Positions 20,492-30,824 of a stretch of 64,000 bases of DNA are shown here, piece by piece. Source of the stretch: an uncultured Bacteroidota bacterium. GTDB taxonomy: Bacteria; Bacteroidota; Ignavibacteria; UBA10030; UBA8401. The notes beneath the pieces are model-generated. The model was given only the letters and a program-made list of their open reading frames with translations. It had not been told where the DNA came from and made no database searches. Where the stretch lies: positions 45,496 to 109,495 of the forward strand of contig CAVYWA010000010.1 in the NCBI GenBank assembly GCA_963772165.1, given 5' to 3'. Each line of letters opens with the position of its first letter. The stretch's first letter is position 1. The position numbers and the translations under genes are program-made.

Positions 20492-21185
20492 GATGACCGT
20501 CACCTTAAAGGTGACGGTCATCTATCATTGAACAAAACCGTTTTGATTTTCTCCCTTTCTTGTGGCACGTAATCTTCAACAAAACTCTTATAATTTTTTA
20601 AACCTCCAAACTGATGTAAAACTATCTGCAACGTGATAATGGGATCCAGCCGCAAACCGAAATATGTCCGGCAGCTGCTGTGCGGCCATTCTTCTGGTAA
20701 ATCGACCAAGCAAGCTCGAACGGGATTCAGGTGGATATAACGGGACAGATGAACCAAGTACAAGTCGTTATCGATATGCTTCATCTTGTATTTCCCTTCA
20801 AACAAATGTCCGCTTCGAGAACGTTCTTTGTTGATTGCTTTCGCATAACCATCGCATACATTTCTCATGAAACCTGAAATTCCGAAAGGTTCAAGCTGAT
20901 AGATAATGAAGTGAAAATGGTTCGGCATCAGGCAATATGCGATAATTTCTATTGAAGAAGGATTGTTTGCTTCCAACATTCGCTGCCGAAAATAGAGAAA
21001 GTTACGCTCATTAAAAAAGATTTCGTTCTTGTTAACGCCCCGATTATACACATGGAAAAATTCATCCGCCGATTGTAGATCCTTTGTTTTCGTTGACATG
21101 AATACTTCCCCCGAGTTAATTCAAAGCGACCATCGTTTTACGATGTGAAATCCAGATGACCGTCACCTTAAAGGTGACGGTCATC
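20492..21185. mobile_element. IS200/IS605-like element: Y1 transposase bounded by identical 31-bp perfect palindromes
   Basis: gatgaccgtcaccttaaaggtgacggtcatc at 20492..20522 and again at 21155..21185. Confidence 0.75.
20518..21099 (-). CDS. tnpA: IS200/IS605-family (RAYT-like) Y1 HUH transposase
   Basis: HVYNRG ... CLMPNHFHFII (HuH) ... RYIHLNPVRA (catalytic Tyr region); 193 aa. Confidence 0.8.
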   Translation of the reverse strand: MSTKTKDLQSADEFFHVYNRGVNKNEIFFNERNFLYFRQRMLEANNPSSIEIIAYCLMPNHFHFIIYQLEPFGISGFMRNVCDGYAKAINKERSRSGHLFEGKYKMKHIDNDLYLVHLSRYIHLNPVRACLVDLPEEWPHSSCRTYFGLRLDPIITLQIVLHQFGGLKNYKSFVEDYVPQEREKIKTVLFNDR

Positions 21186-21201
21186 TTATGGTAACGGCAA
21201 G

Positions 21202-22276
21202 TTAAAAAGCTTCTGTAATCGTAAAATACAATCCGGAAGAATTGCTGCCAAAACCAGCATCGAACCGGAGCGCGATGCGTTCCTGAGTGTTCAAAACAAA
21301 ACGAATCCCTGCGCCTCCCGAAAATTTGAATTCATCGAGACTCCAGCGGGACATTTTGTCTGCCACTTGAGCAACCCCGGCAAATCCAACGACTCCGAAC
21401 CGCCACCACACCGGAATTCTGTATTCAACCTGCCCGCCGACCTCGGTCTTATCCCGGGTACTGTCCGTCAAAATAACCGCGAAGAAAATCCTGCCCCCCA
21501 AAATGAGCTAAGTCTTGAAACGGCGCTGTGCCGTCAATGATTTGCGCGGTTACTTGTAATGCAAGAATCTGTGAGGGAAACATCTCAAAAAAATTACGCG
21601 CGTCGACTTCCACATCGTTGTAATTAAAATCGCTCCCCAACGATTTGCCGTTCACAACCGCCGTTACCTGATAAAAGCTCCCTGAATGAGCGGCAAAGGT
21701 ATTGTCGCGTGAATCCCAATTTGCTACGACGCCGGCCCCCGCCACGTTCCCGCCTTTGCTCCCGGGAATCGTTCCGGACTCGAGAAGCCCTCCCGGCTTG
21801 GTCTCGATAATCGATGCGGACTCGAACTGGAGTTGCGGCCCAAGATTAAACCTCGAATAGATTTCCCGATAGAGAACGATTTTCCCGAACAATGACTTCG
21901 AGGTATAGCTTTCCCGCGCACTGGACGGAACGTTATTGCCGATCCCATAAAAACTGTTCGGAAAATTTTTATACCACGTGTCAGCCAATAATCGGTACGC
22001 GCCGTCATCAAAATATAAATCACCGTTGAATTCGACAATAACCTGTTTTTTCTCCGTGTAAATGACATCTCCGGTGATATCGGATGCTCTGCTCTCCCGA
22101 AAAGCGGTATCACGGTAAAGATAGATTGCGGCAGCACCGCCGGCAAAGCCGGTTTCAGGAGTGTAATAAAATATCGGTAGAGGATAGATTCCCGTCCGCT
22201 TTATGCCGAGAGTATCGTTTTCAAAATTTTGCGCGAACGACGGAAGCGATAACAGCACATCGATGATAATGGACAA
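21202..22276 (-). pseudogene. Omp85/D15-family outer-membrane beta-barrel protein split by frameshift in a C6 run (~21490)
   Basis: N-part 21449..22276 ends ...FGGQDFLRGYFDGQY; C-part 21202..21501 ends with beta-barrel signature GLYFTITEAF. Confidence 0.5.
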
Positions 22277-22467
22277 AACAATAAATGATCACGCGGGTTA
22301 TCGTTTTCATTATCCACTATGTGAAAATTCTTCGCTTACCATGAAGGGGTCCGGCATCTTGTAAAAACGAACACTACATTTTTTTGTTGGATGTATTGCG
22401 TGGTGGGGGTACTCTCCAAGCAGCCTCTATCAGAAGTGTCCAGTTCAATACCACAGCGCGCCGGCCA

Positions 22468-23874
22468 TCAATGTACCGCCTTCCCTTTCGGCAGTTCATT
22501 CCACAATCGCGACATCACGTATGCGCCGATCAGCGCAAACGGAATCGGCGCCCAATGCCATGCCCCCCATCCCCAATTTGTGGTGATATACCCGACGCCC
22601 ATTCCGACAAACGCACCGGCAAGGTATTGCATTCCGTCAAAAAGCCCGGCAGCGGAAGCGGCGGCACGTTTTCCGCCAAAGTCCATCGATGCCGCACCGC
22701 CGATCATTCCGTGTGCGCCGTTGACAAAGAATGAGAGGAGAACGAGACAGCATGCGGCAACGATCGGCCCAAAATCAAGTATGTCGGAAACTCCGAACAA
22801 TGCAAGGACAACGGCCATCCCGATAAACCCAACTGTTATCACCGGCGCACGCCGTCCCCCGAAGGTCCTATCGGATGCGATGCCAAAAGCAAATCCGCCT
22901 GCGATCCCGGCCAGCGCAATGCCCCATGTCGCAATCACATACGGAAGATACGTCGCGAACGCCGATTTGTTCGCGCCGTGAAAATCAACAAAATATTTCG
23001 GCCACCATGCATCGACGACACTCCGGCGAACGAAGCCGATCATCATCGAGCCGAGAGCGATCATCCACATCAGACGGGAGGCGAAAACTTTTTTAATGAC
23101 AAACGTAAGAGACGAGGGCTGGCTTTCGTCCCCTTCGATCTCATCACCGGTGTTAAAGTCTCCCAGACCTGCATCCTTTGGAGAATTGTACATGAAGAAA
23201 TAATTGATCACGAAAAGCACCAAGACGCACGCACCGGGTATCCAGAAAGCGTATTGCCACGGCAGCACGAGAAGGATGAGCGGCACACCCTGAAACGCGA
23301 GCAGCAATCCCATGCGGATCAACACGCCGAAAATTCCGGCGAACGTTCCGCGCTCGCGAACGTGGAACCACTGTGCGTTCACTTTGACAATCGAAAGTGC
23401 ACCGAAGGATTGGAAGTATCCGTTCAATCCCCACACGATGGCCATCAACGTAAGGATCATTCCGCCCGACAAGCCAAACCTGAGAGATGCCGGAGTTACG
23501 ACATGCCGCGCAAGGCCGGCTCCTTCCCACACTGCGGGGCCGGAAACGGCGAAGCTCGCCATGCCGAAAAGAAAATTCATGAGAGCAACTCCTACAGCAC
23601 CGAAGAGAAACGCTTTCTTCCCCCCTGTCCGATCGGCAAACGGGCCGTTTAAGACCACCGAAAGCCCGTACACCAGGGGCATCAGCGTTTCAAAGATACC
23701 GAGGTCGGTGTTTTTCCATCCGAGCAAATCCGCCAGCGTTGGCGCAACAGCGGTATAATTGTAGCGAGTCATGTAGAAGAAGGCATACAGTAAACCGAGC
23801 GACATCCAATTGATGACGCGCTGCCTTCGGAACTCAGGTGTGATTGTGGGGCGGTCTAACGTGAACGTTTCCAT
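22468..23874 (-). CDS. MFS transporter (organophosphate:Pi antiporter/GlpT-UhpC-like)
   Basis: 12-TM 468-aa ORF, N-terminal NWMSLGLLYAFFYMTRYN; 25 nt downstream of tkt. Confidence 0.7.
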   Translation of the reverse strand: METFTLDRPTITPEFRRQRVINWMSLGLLYAFFYMTRYNYTAVAPTLADLLGWKNTDLGIFETLMPLVYGLSVVLNGPFADRTGGKKAFLFGAVGVALMNFLFGMASFAVSGPAVWEGAGLARHVVTPASLRFGLSGGMILTLMAIVWGLNGYFQSFGALSIVKVNAQWFHVRERGTFAGIFGVLIRMGLLLAFQGVPLILLVLPWQYAFWIPGACVLVLFVINYFFMYNSPKDAGLGDFNTGDEIEGDESQPSSLTFVIKKVFASRLMWMIALGSMMIGFVRRSVVDAWWPKYFVDFHGANKSAFATYLPYVIATWGIALAGIAGGFAFGIASDRTFGGRRAPVITVGFIGMAVVLALFGVSDILDFGPIVAACCLVLLSFFVNGAHGMIGGAASMDFGGKRAAASAAGLFDGMQYLAGAFVGMGVGYITTNWGWGAWHWAPIPFALIGAYVMSRLWNELPKGKAVH

Positions 23875-23899
23875 TTTTTTTGCCAGCCTGATGAACGAT

Positions 23900-25903
23900 C
23901 TACACGAGCATCTCTTCGGCTCTCTTTATAACATTCTCTACGGTAAAACCGTATTCCTTGTAGAGAATTTCAAACGGAGCCGATGCGCCAAATTTCGTAA
24001 TACCGAGAACTATTCCCTCATCCCCAACATACTTGTTCCACCCCATCGGAACACCCGCTTCCACCGCGATTCGTTTTTTTATTGACGGAGTAAGAACGCT
24101 TTCGCGGTATTCTTTCGTTTGCCGTTCAAACAATTCCCATGACGGCATGCTGACTACGCGCACCGCATACCCCTTTTCCGAAAGCTGCTCGTATGCACCG
24201 ATAACAAATTGGACTTCCGAGCCGGTGCCGATTAAAAGAATGTCCGGCTTCGATGAGCTTTCAGCGAGCGTGTAGGCACCCTTCCAGAAATTATCAGCCG
24301 GCGCATACACCGTCCGGTCGATCGTCGGCACTTTTTGCCGTGTCAGTGCGATCGCGACCGGCCCGCTGCGATGTTCGACGGCGTACTTCCAGGCTTCCGC
24401 CGTTTCGTTGGCGTCCGCCGGGCGAAGCACGGTGATGTTTGGAATGGCGCGGAGCGATGCAAGCTGCTCAATCGGCTGGTGCGTCGGCCCATCTTCTCCC
24501 AGGCCGATGCTGTCGTGTGTGAAGACATAAATCGGACGGATGCCCATGAGCGCGGCAAGCCGGATCGGCGGACGCATATATTCCGAAAAAATCAAAAACG
24601 TCCCGCCGTACGGAATGATACCGTCGGTGAGAACCATCCCGTTGAGAACGGAACCCATCGCATGCTCTCTCACGCCAAAATGGAAATTCCTCCCGTCATA
24701 GCTTCCCGGCTGAAATTCGGCATAATTTTTCAAGAACGTATTATTCGACGGACGTAAGTCCGCGGAGCCGCCGACCAGTCCGGGTAGATAAGGCGCGATC
24801 GCATTCAGAACTTTGCCGGATGCCTCACGAGTCGCCATGGATACAATTTCAGATCCGAATGTGGGAAGTGCATCCTTCCATGCATCGCCCAGTTTTCCCT
24901 GACGCACATTTTCCAACTCAGCGGCAACTTCGGGGTACGCGTTTTTGTACTCTGAGAACTTCTTTTTCCACTCCTCTTCCGCGACCTTCCCATTCTCGAC
25001 CGCTTTCCTAAAATGGTCGAGAGCCGCAGGGGGAATAAAAAACTGCTTTTCCGGATCCCAACCGTACGCTTTTTTTGTCAGCTTCACTTCCTCCGCGCCA
25101 AGGGCTGTGCCGTGAACTTCTCCGGTGTCGTGCTTGTTAGGACTGCCGTAGCCAATATGAGTTCTCACGGCGATGATCGAAGGACGGTCCGTTACTCTCT
25201 GTGCAGCCCGAATCGCCGCGTCGATTGCTTCGACATCGTTCCCGTCGGCCACGGATTGCACATGCCATCCATAAGCTTCGAAGCGCTTCATCCGGTCTTC
25301 GGTAAACGCAAAGTCAGTAGTTCCGTCGATGCTGATGTGATTGTCGTCGTATAAATAAATGATGTTCCCCAGCTTCAAATGGCCGGCGAGCGATGCCGCT
25401 TCCGACGAAACGCCTTCCATCAGATCGCCGTCGCCCACGATACTATAAATACGATAATCCACGACGTCAAAACCCGGCCGGTTATACCGTGCAGCCATGT
25501 ATCGCTCGCCAATCGCCATACCGACGCCGTTGGCGAAGCCCTGGCCGAGCGGACCGGTCGTTGTTTCGACTCCTGCCGTCAAATGATATTCCGGATGCCC
25601 GGGAGTTTTGCTTCCGAACTGCCGGAAACTTTTCAAGTCATCGAGTGAAACGTCGTAGCCGGTAAGGTGAAGAAGGCTGTAGAGCAACATCGAGCCGTGT
25701 CCTGCCGACAACACGAACCGGTCTCGATTGTGCCAATGCGGATTGGCGGGATGATGTTTCAGAAATCGCGACCAGAGAACATAGGCCATCGGAGCGGCGC
25801 CCATCGGCATCCCGGGGTGGCCGCAATTTGCTTTTTGCACGCCGTCTATGGCGAGCGTCCTGATCGTATTGATGCACAATTGATCTAATGCGCTATTTTC
25901 CAC
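23900..25903 (-). CDS. tkt: transketolase
   Basis: 667 aa; ThDP motif [27 protein letters not shown]. Confidence 0.9.
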   Translation of the reverse strand: MENSALDQLCINTIRTLAIDGVQKANCGHPGMPMGAAPMAYVLWSRFLKHHPANPHWHNRDRFVLSAGHGSMLLYSLLHLTGYDVSLDDLKSFRQFGSKTPGHPEYHLTAGVETTTGPLGQGFANGVGMAIGERYMAARYNRPGFDVVDYRIYSIVGDGDLMEGVSSEAASLAGHLKLGNIIYLYDDNHISIDGTTDFAFTEDRMKRFEAYGWHVQSVADGNDVEAIDAAIRAAQRVTDRPSIIAVRTHIGYGSPNKHDTGEVHGTALGAEEVKLTKKAYGWDPEKQFFIPPAALDHFRKAVENGKVAEEEWKKKFSEYKNAYPEVAAELENVRQGKLGDAWKDALPTFGSEIVSMATREASGKVLNAIAPYLPGLVGGSADLRPSNNTFLKNYAEFQPGSYDGRNFHFGVREHAMGSVLNGMVLTDGIIPYGGTFLIFSEYMRPPIRLAALMGIRPIYVFTHDSIGLGEDGPTHQPIEQLASLRAIPNITVLRPADANETAEAWKYAVEHRSGPVAIALTRQKVPTIDRTVYAPADNFWKGAYTLAESSSKPDILLIGTGSEVQFVIGAYEQLSEKGYAVRVVSMPSWELFERQTKEYRESVLTPSIKKRIAVEAGVPMGWNKYVGDEGIVLGITKFGASAPFEILYKEYGFTVENVIKRAEEMLV

Positions 25904-26077
25904 GTAACACTCCTGATGTAATTTTAATAGTAAGCACCGCGAAAGATAAACCTTCCTGCGAAGGATTCCCGGAGAGAAGGCTTCACGAAAAGAGTAGGCT
26001 TTTTTTCAGAAGAAAGATAGGGAAAAAAAATAAAAAGTAAAAGGAGACAGCGGAAGAATCATCGCATCGACGAATAG

Positions 26078-26572
26078 CTACTCCATCCTATACCCCGCCC
26101 GCTCAACCGCCCTGTGTGTTGCCTCCAATACCTTGGGGTCGGGGTTATGCGGGAGGACCGGGACATCGGTAGCGTTCTGCATCATCGTCAAAAGCTCATC
26201 AATGGTTTTGCCGATTGCATACTCTGATGCCTCATACAGCCCATCGACTTCTTCTTCGAGTCTGTTATGAACCGTAAGAATGGAACGGATTGTCGAGACA
26301 AGCGTCCTCGTTGGCGGAGGGACCATGAGCGCAACCAGCGCTCCATGGTCGAGGCGAATCCTGGCCGCAATCGGCAACGGCGTACCGCCGCTCAGCCGCT
26401 GGGCTGCGGGAAGCAATATCTTTTCTTCGATGCTGATGTGTTTTAAGAGGCCGGTGCGAAACTCGGCATACGCGTTATCGTCAATTTTTTCCGGATCGGC
26501 AAGGGCGCGATCGAGCAAAGCATCGAGCCGCTCGTGGTCATGTGCTAAAAAGCTATAAACGGGGCCGGCCAC
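26078..26572 (-). CDS. hemerythrin-like (HHE cation-binding) domain protein
   Basis: H..HERLDALL ... HISIEEKILLP ... LDH pattern. Confidence 0.6.
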   Translation of the reverse strand: MAGPVYSFLAHDHERLDALLDRALADPEKIDDNAYAEFRTGLLKHISIEEKILLPAAQRLSGGTPLPIAARIRLDHGALVALMVPPPTRTLVSTIRSILTVHNRLEEEVDGLYEASEYAIGKTIDELLTMMQNATDVPVLPHNPDPKVLEATHRAVERAGYRME

Positions 26573-26623
26573 TGCGAATCCTTTCGAGCAAATGTCGTGC
26601 GTACAGGAGGGTCAACAAAAAAA

Positions 26624-27289
26624 TTATTCTTTATCTTTTATCAGCTCATGTTCGATCGCGTAGCGTACCAGATGTGCAACATCATGGACGCCGATCTTGT
26701 GCATAATATTTGTCCGATGCGTGTCGATCGTCCTGGAGCTGATAAAGAGTTTTTGCGCAATTTGCTGGTTGGTGAGTCCTCGTGAAACAAGCTCGAGGAT
26801 TTCCGTCTCGCGGGCCGTCAGCAACACTGACGGGGGCTGTGATGTTTTCGGCTGTTCCCGCCTGCTCAGGAATCCTTTTACGATGACTTCATTGACGCGT
26901 GGGCTAAAAGCTTTTTCGCCTTTTAAGACAGACCGTATGGCCGAAATAAGTTCTTCCTTTTCAGCGCTCTTCAGCAGGTATCCTTCCGCTCCGAACTCGA
27001 GCGCCTGGTGCAAGTATTCTTCCTGCTCGTACGCCGTTAGAATAAGAACGTGTGTAGCGGGAAAATCTTTACGGACAAGTTTTGCAACCTCGAACCCGGA
27101 GATGAGCGGGATGAAAAGGTCAAGAATCATCACATCGGGACGGAGTTCTTTCGCTTTGAGCAATGCTTCCTCGCCGTCCTCCGCCTCTCCGACAACGACA
27201 AAATCATCCACTTCTTTCAGCTGGTTCCGTATCCCAAATCTCGCAAGAGGATGATCGTCAACGATCAAAATTTGTATCTTCTTCATCAC
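26624..27289 (-). CDS. NarL/FixJ-family response regulator (REC + LuxR HTH), orphan
   Basis: ILIVDDHPL ... DLFIP ... LTARETEILELVSRGLTNQQIAQKLFISSRTIDTHRTNIMHKIGVH. Confidence 0.85.
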   Translation of the reverse strand: MMKKIQILIVDDHPLARFGIRNQLKEVDDFVVVGEAEDGEEALLKAKELRPDVMILDLFIPLISGFEVAKLVRKDFPATHVLILTAYEQEEYLHQALEFGAEGYLLKSAEKEELISAIRSVLKGEKAFSPRVNEVIVKGFLSRREQPKTSQPPSVLLTARETEILELVSRGLTNQQIAQKLFISSRTIDTHRTNIMHKIGVHDVAHLVRYAIEHELIKDKE

Positions 27290-27359
27290 CGGTACTATCT
27301 GCTAAGACCGTAATTGTTGAAGGATATGATAGAGATTTTTTCGTTAATGCCGGTCGGCG

Positions 27360-28022
27360 TCATTCTTTTGATTGTACGAGGCCTTTGTCGATGGCATAGC
27401 GGACAAGGTTTGCGACATCGTGGATATTCAATTTTTGCATGATGTTCGTGCGATGGGTATCGACCGTTCGTGCGCTGATAAACAGTTTCTCTGCAATTTG
27501 CTGATTTGTCAGCCCGTCCGCAACAAGGATAAGAATTTCTTTTTCCCGCTTTGTCAGAATTTCGTCGTCGGAAAGGGGCTGGATTCGTTGCCCCTCCGCT
27601 TTCCGGATGAAGTTTTCGACGATGAGTTTTGAAATACCTGGGCTGAAGAATTTCTCTCCCTTCATCACGGCACGAACAGCTTCAATCAGCTGCTCTTTCT
27701 CTACGCTTTTAAGAACATAGCCCCCGGCTCCGGAGCGAATAATCTGGTACACGTAATCTTCGTTCTCAAATCCAGTCAGGATCAGCACGCGGGTAGACGG
27801 GTATTTCTTTTTTAAGAGCTTCGTCGCCTCTATGCCGGAAATTCCCGGCATAAAAATATCCATGATGACAAGGTCGGGCCCCAACGCCTTCGTCTTCGCA
27901 ATAGCGTCTTCACCGTCTTCCGCCTCTCCAACAACGACGAATTCGTCGTAGGATTTTAATTGGTTGATGACACCAAATCGTACAAGCGGATGGTCATCGA
28001 CAACGAGGATTTTGATTTTCTT
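27360..28022 (-). CDS. NarL/FixJ-family response regulator, tandem paralogue, orphan
   Basis: same architecture as 26624..27289; start taken at MKKIKILVVDDHP. Confidence 0.85.
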   Translation of the reverse strand, partial: KKIKILVVDDHPLVRFGVINQLKSYDEFVVVGEAEDGEDAIAKTKALGPDLVIMDIFMPGISGIEATKLLKKKYPSTRVLILTGFENEDYVYQIIRSGAGGYVLKSVEKEQLIEAVRAVMKGEKFFSPGISKLIVENFIRKAEGQRIQPLSDDEILTKREKEILILVADGLTNQQIAEKLFISARTVDTHRTNIMQKLNIHDVANLVRYAIDKGLVQSKE

Positions 28023-28208
28023 CATGGAATGTTGGCCGGACATAGGAAATGGCAGAATTCCTTCCCGCTCTTGCTCGATCTCTCGTCGTAAATGTATGAA
28101 CTATAACTGGAATTGTCAATCACAGCCGAGTGATGCCATTACCTTCTGGCGTGGGCGTAGTGCTCTGCCGGGGCATGGCAAAAATTCAACAGATACAGCA
28201 GGGGGTTA

Positions 28209-28967
28209 TCAGATACTTTCGCAGTCATCCTCGGGGATCCAGCCGACCTTCCCGTCGGCAAGGCGGATTTTGCGCCAATGATTCACGCTGTCCAGGACCT
28301 GGACACGAAGGCCTTTGTGAAGAACGAAAAGGTCGTTTCCTTTGCTATCGGGTGCGGCTTTGATGTTTGCGACATCGCTCATGACGATCGCGAATTCAGT
28401 ATTCGATTCCTTGTACGATTGTACGCCGTACCCGATCATTGTCAGAATGAGCGCCGCCGAAAAAACGAGACCACCAAACATCGAAAGTCTTTTTTGCGTG
28501 TATGTTCGAGCGTAAAGAAAAGTTCCAAATGCTGCGAGGGTCAGGAGGAAGAATGAATACACAATCCATCCCATCGTTGACAGCGAAAAGAGCGCGAGCA
28601 TCGAATCGGCCCAGCGGAAAACAAAAAGCCGCGGCACCGCGTCGATCTTATCGACGACTTGAAGGTTTGCGAGCTGGAGGTTAAATTGCACATCCTCGTC
28701 GCGGGGAAGCAGTTGCCTGGCGCGCTCGTAATTCAGAATTGCTTTTTGGATGCTGCCGCTTTTGTAGTACGCATTTCCCAGGTTAAAATACAACTCGCCG
28801 CTTTCGAAGCCGCTCTGCAAAATTTTCTCGTACTGTGCGATCGCGTCAGGATATTTTGCTTGAAGGTAAAGCTGATTCGCCTGTTCGAACGTCTGTGCCG
28901 CCTCATCTGCAGAGGAAATGCCCGCGATAACAAGCGAGAGAACGAACACTGTGAACATTCGTTTCAC
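28209..28967 (-). CDS. batE: BatE (TPR + C-terminal SH3b)
   Basis: lipoprotein-like N-term, TPR repeats, C-terminal HWRKIRLADGKVGWIPEDD SH3-like; last gene of bat string. Confidence 0.7.
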   Translation of the reverse strand: MKRMFTVFVLSLVIAGISSADEAAQTFEQANQLYLQAKYPDAIAQYEKILQSGFESGELYFNLGNAYYKSGSIQKAILNYERARQLLPRDEDVQFNLQLANLQVVDKIDAVPRLFVFRWADSMLALFSLSTMGWIVYSFFLLTLAAFGTFLYARTYTQKRLSMFGGLVFSAALILTMIGYGVQSYKESNTEFAIVMSDVANIKAAPDSKGNDLFVLHKGLRVQVLDSVNHWRKIRLADGKVGWIPEDDCESI

Positions 28968-30817
28968 TTATTCAACTCCTTCTCCGTCGAAATAATGACG
29001 TTGCTCGCCATTTCATAGATCTTGCTCTTTTCTTCCTGCCTGGAACTTGCCGGAGCGAATCGGGCAAACTCGCATGCTTCAAGGCATTCCTTTAAACGTG
29101 TAACAACGTCTTGCGAGATGGGTTTTCCTTCCAGCTGTTTCATGACATTTTCGATGGAAAGCTCCGCCCTGTCGATAAAGAGTTTGTCCGAAACGTAGGC
29201 CCAGAGCGCGCGAGAGATTTCCGCATAAAACGCTTCAGCGTTCTCCGAGCTTAACAGGACTTTTGCTTCCTTTAACTTTTTTGATGCGGTCTTCATCGCT
29301 TTACGGGATCGAAACGATGCAACGTCCGATAATTCCTTTAAAGTCTTTTGCCGGTACGTTGCGAGTCCGACGAAAGCCAGCAGCGGCACTATCGTGATGA
29401 TTGCCAGCGTCGCGAGCGGAATAACGTCTCCTCCTTTTCTGCGGAACGACCCGGCGTTCGTCTTGATGAAGCGAATATCCTGGTTTAACAGCTTGACATC
29501 CTCTTTCGAAATCCCGGAGACAATTTGCGGCGCCTCAGCACTTCCCTTCTCAACCGTGAGGTCGATGGCTCCCGATTTAAGAGCGACGTACTTTTCTTTC
29601 GCGGGGTCGAAGTATGAAAATTCAAGAGGCGGGATTCTTTTTTGTCCCGGGTAACGGGGGACCAGCAGCCACTCGAAGGTCTTAGAACCATTTACGACGC
29701 TCGTACTCCGGTCGATCGTCTCATTAACTTTTGGGTCGTATTTTTCAAAATCGTTGGAGACTTCAAGGTTCGGCGCTTCGAGAATCTTAATATTGCCGGT
29801 GCCGCCGATCGTCGCTTTCAGCGACAACGGCTCGTTTGTTTTTACCGTTGCGCTGCTGACACTCGTGTTGAGATTAAATTTTCCCACCGCCCCTTTGAAA
29901 GAAGCGGGGACATTATTTTTCGGCAGCGGGAGCACCGTAATTTTTACGGCAGGGCTTTTAATATTGATATTCGACGTTGCGACATTATTGAAGAATGGGT
30001 CATTGAAAAACTGGTCGAAGAAATCGTTCGTACGTTTACGGTTCTGCATTTGCACTTGGCAAATAATTTCCAGCGGATTAATTTCGAGCGTTCCCGACTG
30101 CGTCGGAAATAATGCGACCTTCTTCAGTAAGCCGGCCTGGTACTGCTTCCCGTTCACGACCTCCGTCGTCAATGATACTTGTTGCGGCACTGCAAGCTCT
30201 TCTCCCCAAAATCCCGTCATCGCAGGAAGTTTTTCGATCGTATAGTTCGTGATACGAACCCTGGTGTAGACCTTAAACGTGACAGTGACTTGCTCTCCGA
30301 GAAACACGCGCGAACGGTCGACGGTCGCGCGCAGAAAAAGATTGTCGCCGACCTGAACATTGGAGTCGGCATTCTGGCCCGCTGCCGCAGATTGCTTCGG
30401 CTTGGCTGCGGCTTTGACGACAGTGATTTCTATCGGCTGCGAAGAATACCGTTTCCCGCCCCTTTCAATGGTCGCCGCGCCGAGAGTAAGCTTTCCCGCT
30501 TCGCGAGGCTGCAGGACATAACTGTACGTCACCGAAGATGAGACAGAGCCGTTGACAATTTGAACGCTCGAAGACTGGTTGGGGCCGGAAAGCACCATGA
30601 ACTTGCCAAGGTCGGGCAGCTGGGGAATACTTCCACCCCCCATGCCGCCGCCGTTCAACGTCAATTCCAACGTAAACTGCTCATCCACAGCAACAGTGTT
30701 CTTATCGACCGATGCCGTAAACGAAACGTTCTGCGCAGCGAGCAATAAAGGAAGGGTCAACACCATCAGCCCGATCATCGACGAATAGCTTTTCACTTTT
30801 AACTTTTCACTTTTCAC
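28964..30817 (-). CDS. batD: BatD (oxygen-tolerance protein)
   Basis: 617 aa, signal peptide, single C-terminal TM near ...VIPLATLAIITIVPLLAFVGL; position in operon. Confidence 0.7.
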   Translation of the reverse strand: MKSEKLKVKSYSSMIGLMVLTLPLLLAAQNVSFTASVDKNTVAVDEQFTLELTLNGGGMGGGSIPQLPDLGKFMVLSGPNQSSSVQIVNGSVSSSVTYSYVLQPREAGKLTLGAATIERGGKRYSSQPIEITVVKAAAKPKQSAAAGQNADSNVQVGDNLFLRATVDRSRVFLGEQVTVTFKVYTRVRITNYTIEKLPAMTGFWGEELAVPQQVSLTTEVVNGKQYQAGLLKKVALFPTQSGTLEINPLEIICQVQMQNRKRTNDFFDQFFNDPFFNNVATSNINIKSPAVKITVLPLPKNNVPASFKGAVGKFNLNTSVSSATVKTNEPLSLKATIGGTGNIKILEAPNLEVSNDFEKYDPKVNETIDRSTSVVNGSKTFEWLLVPRYPGQKRIPPLEFSYFDPAKEKYVALKSGAIDLTVEKGSAEAPQIVSGISKEDVKLLNQDIRFIKTNAGSFRRKGGDVIPLATLAIITIVPLLAFVGLATYRQKTLKELSDVASFRSRKAMKTASKKLKEAKVLLSSENAEAFYAEISRALWAYVSDKLFIDRAELSIENVMKQLEGKPISQDVVTRLKECLEACEFARFAPASSRQEEKSKIYEMASNVIISTEKELNK

Positions 30818-30824
30818 TTGTCTA

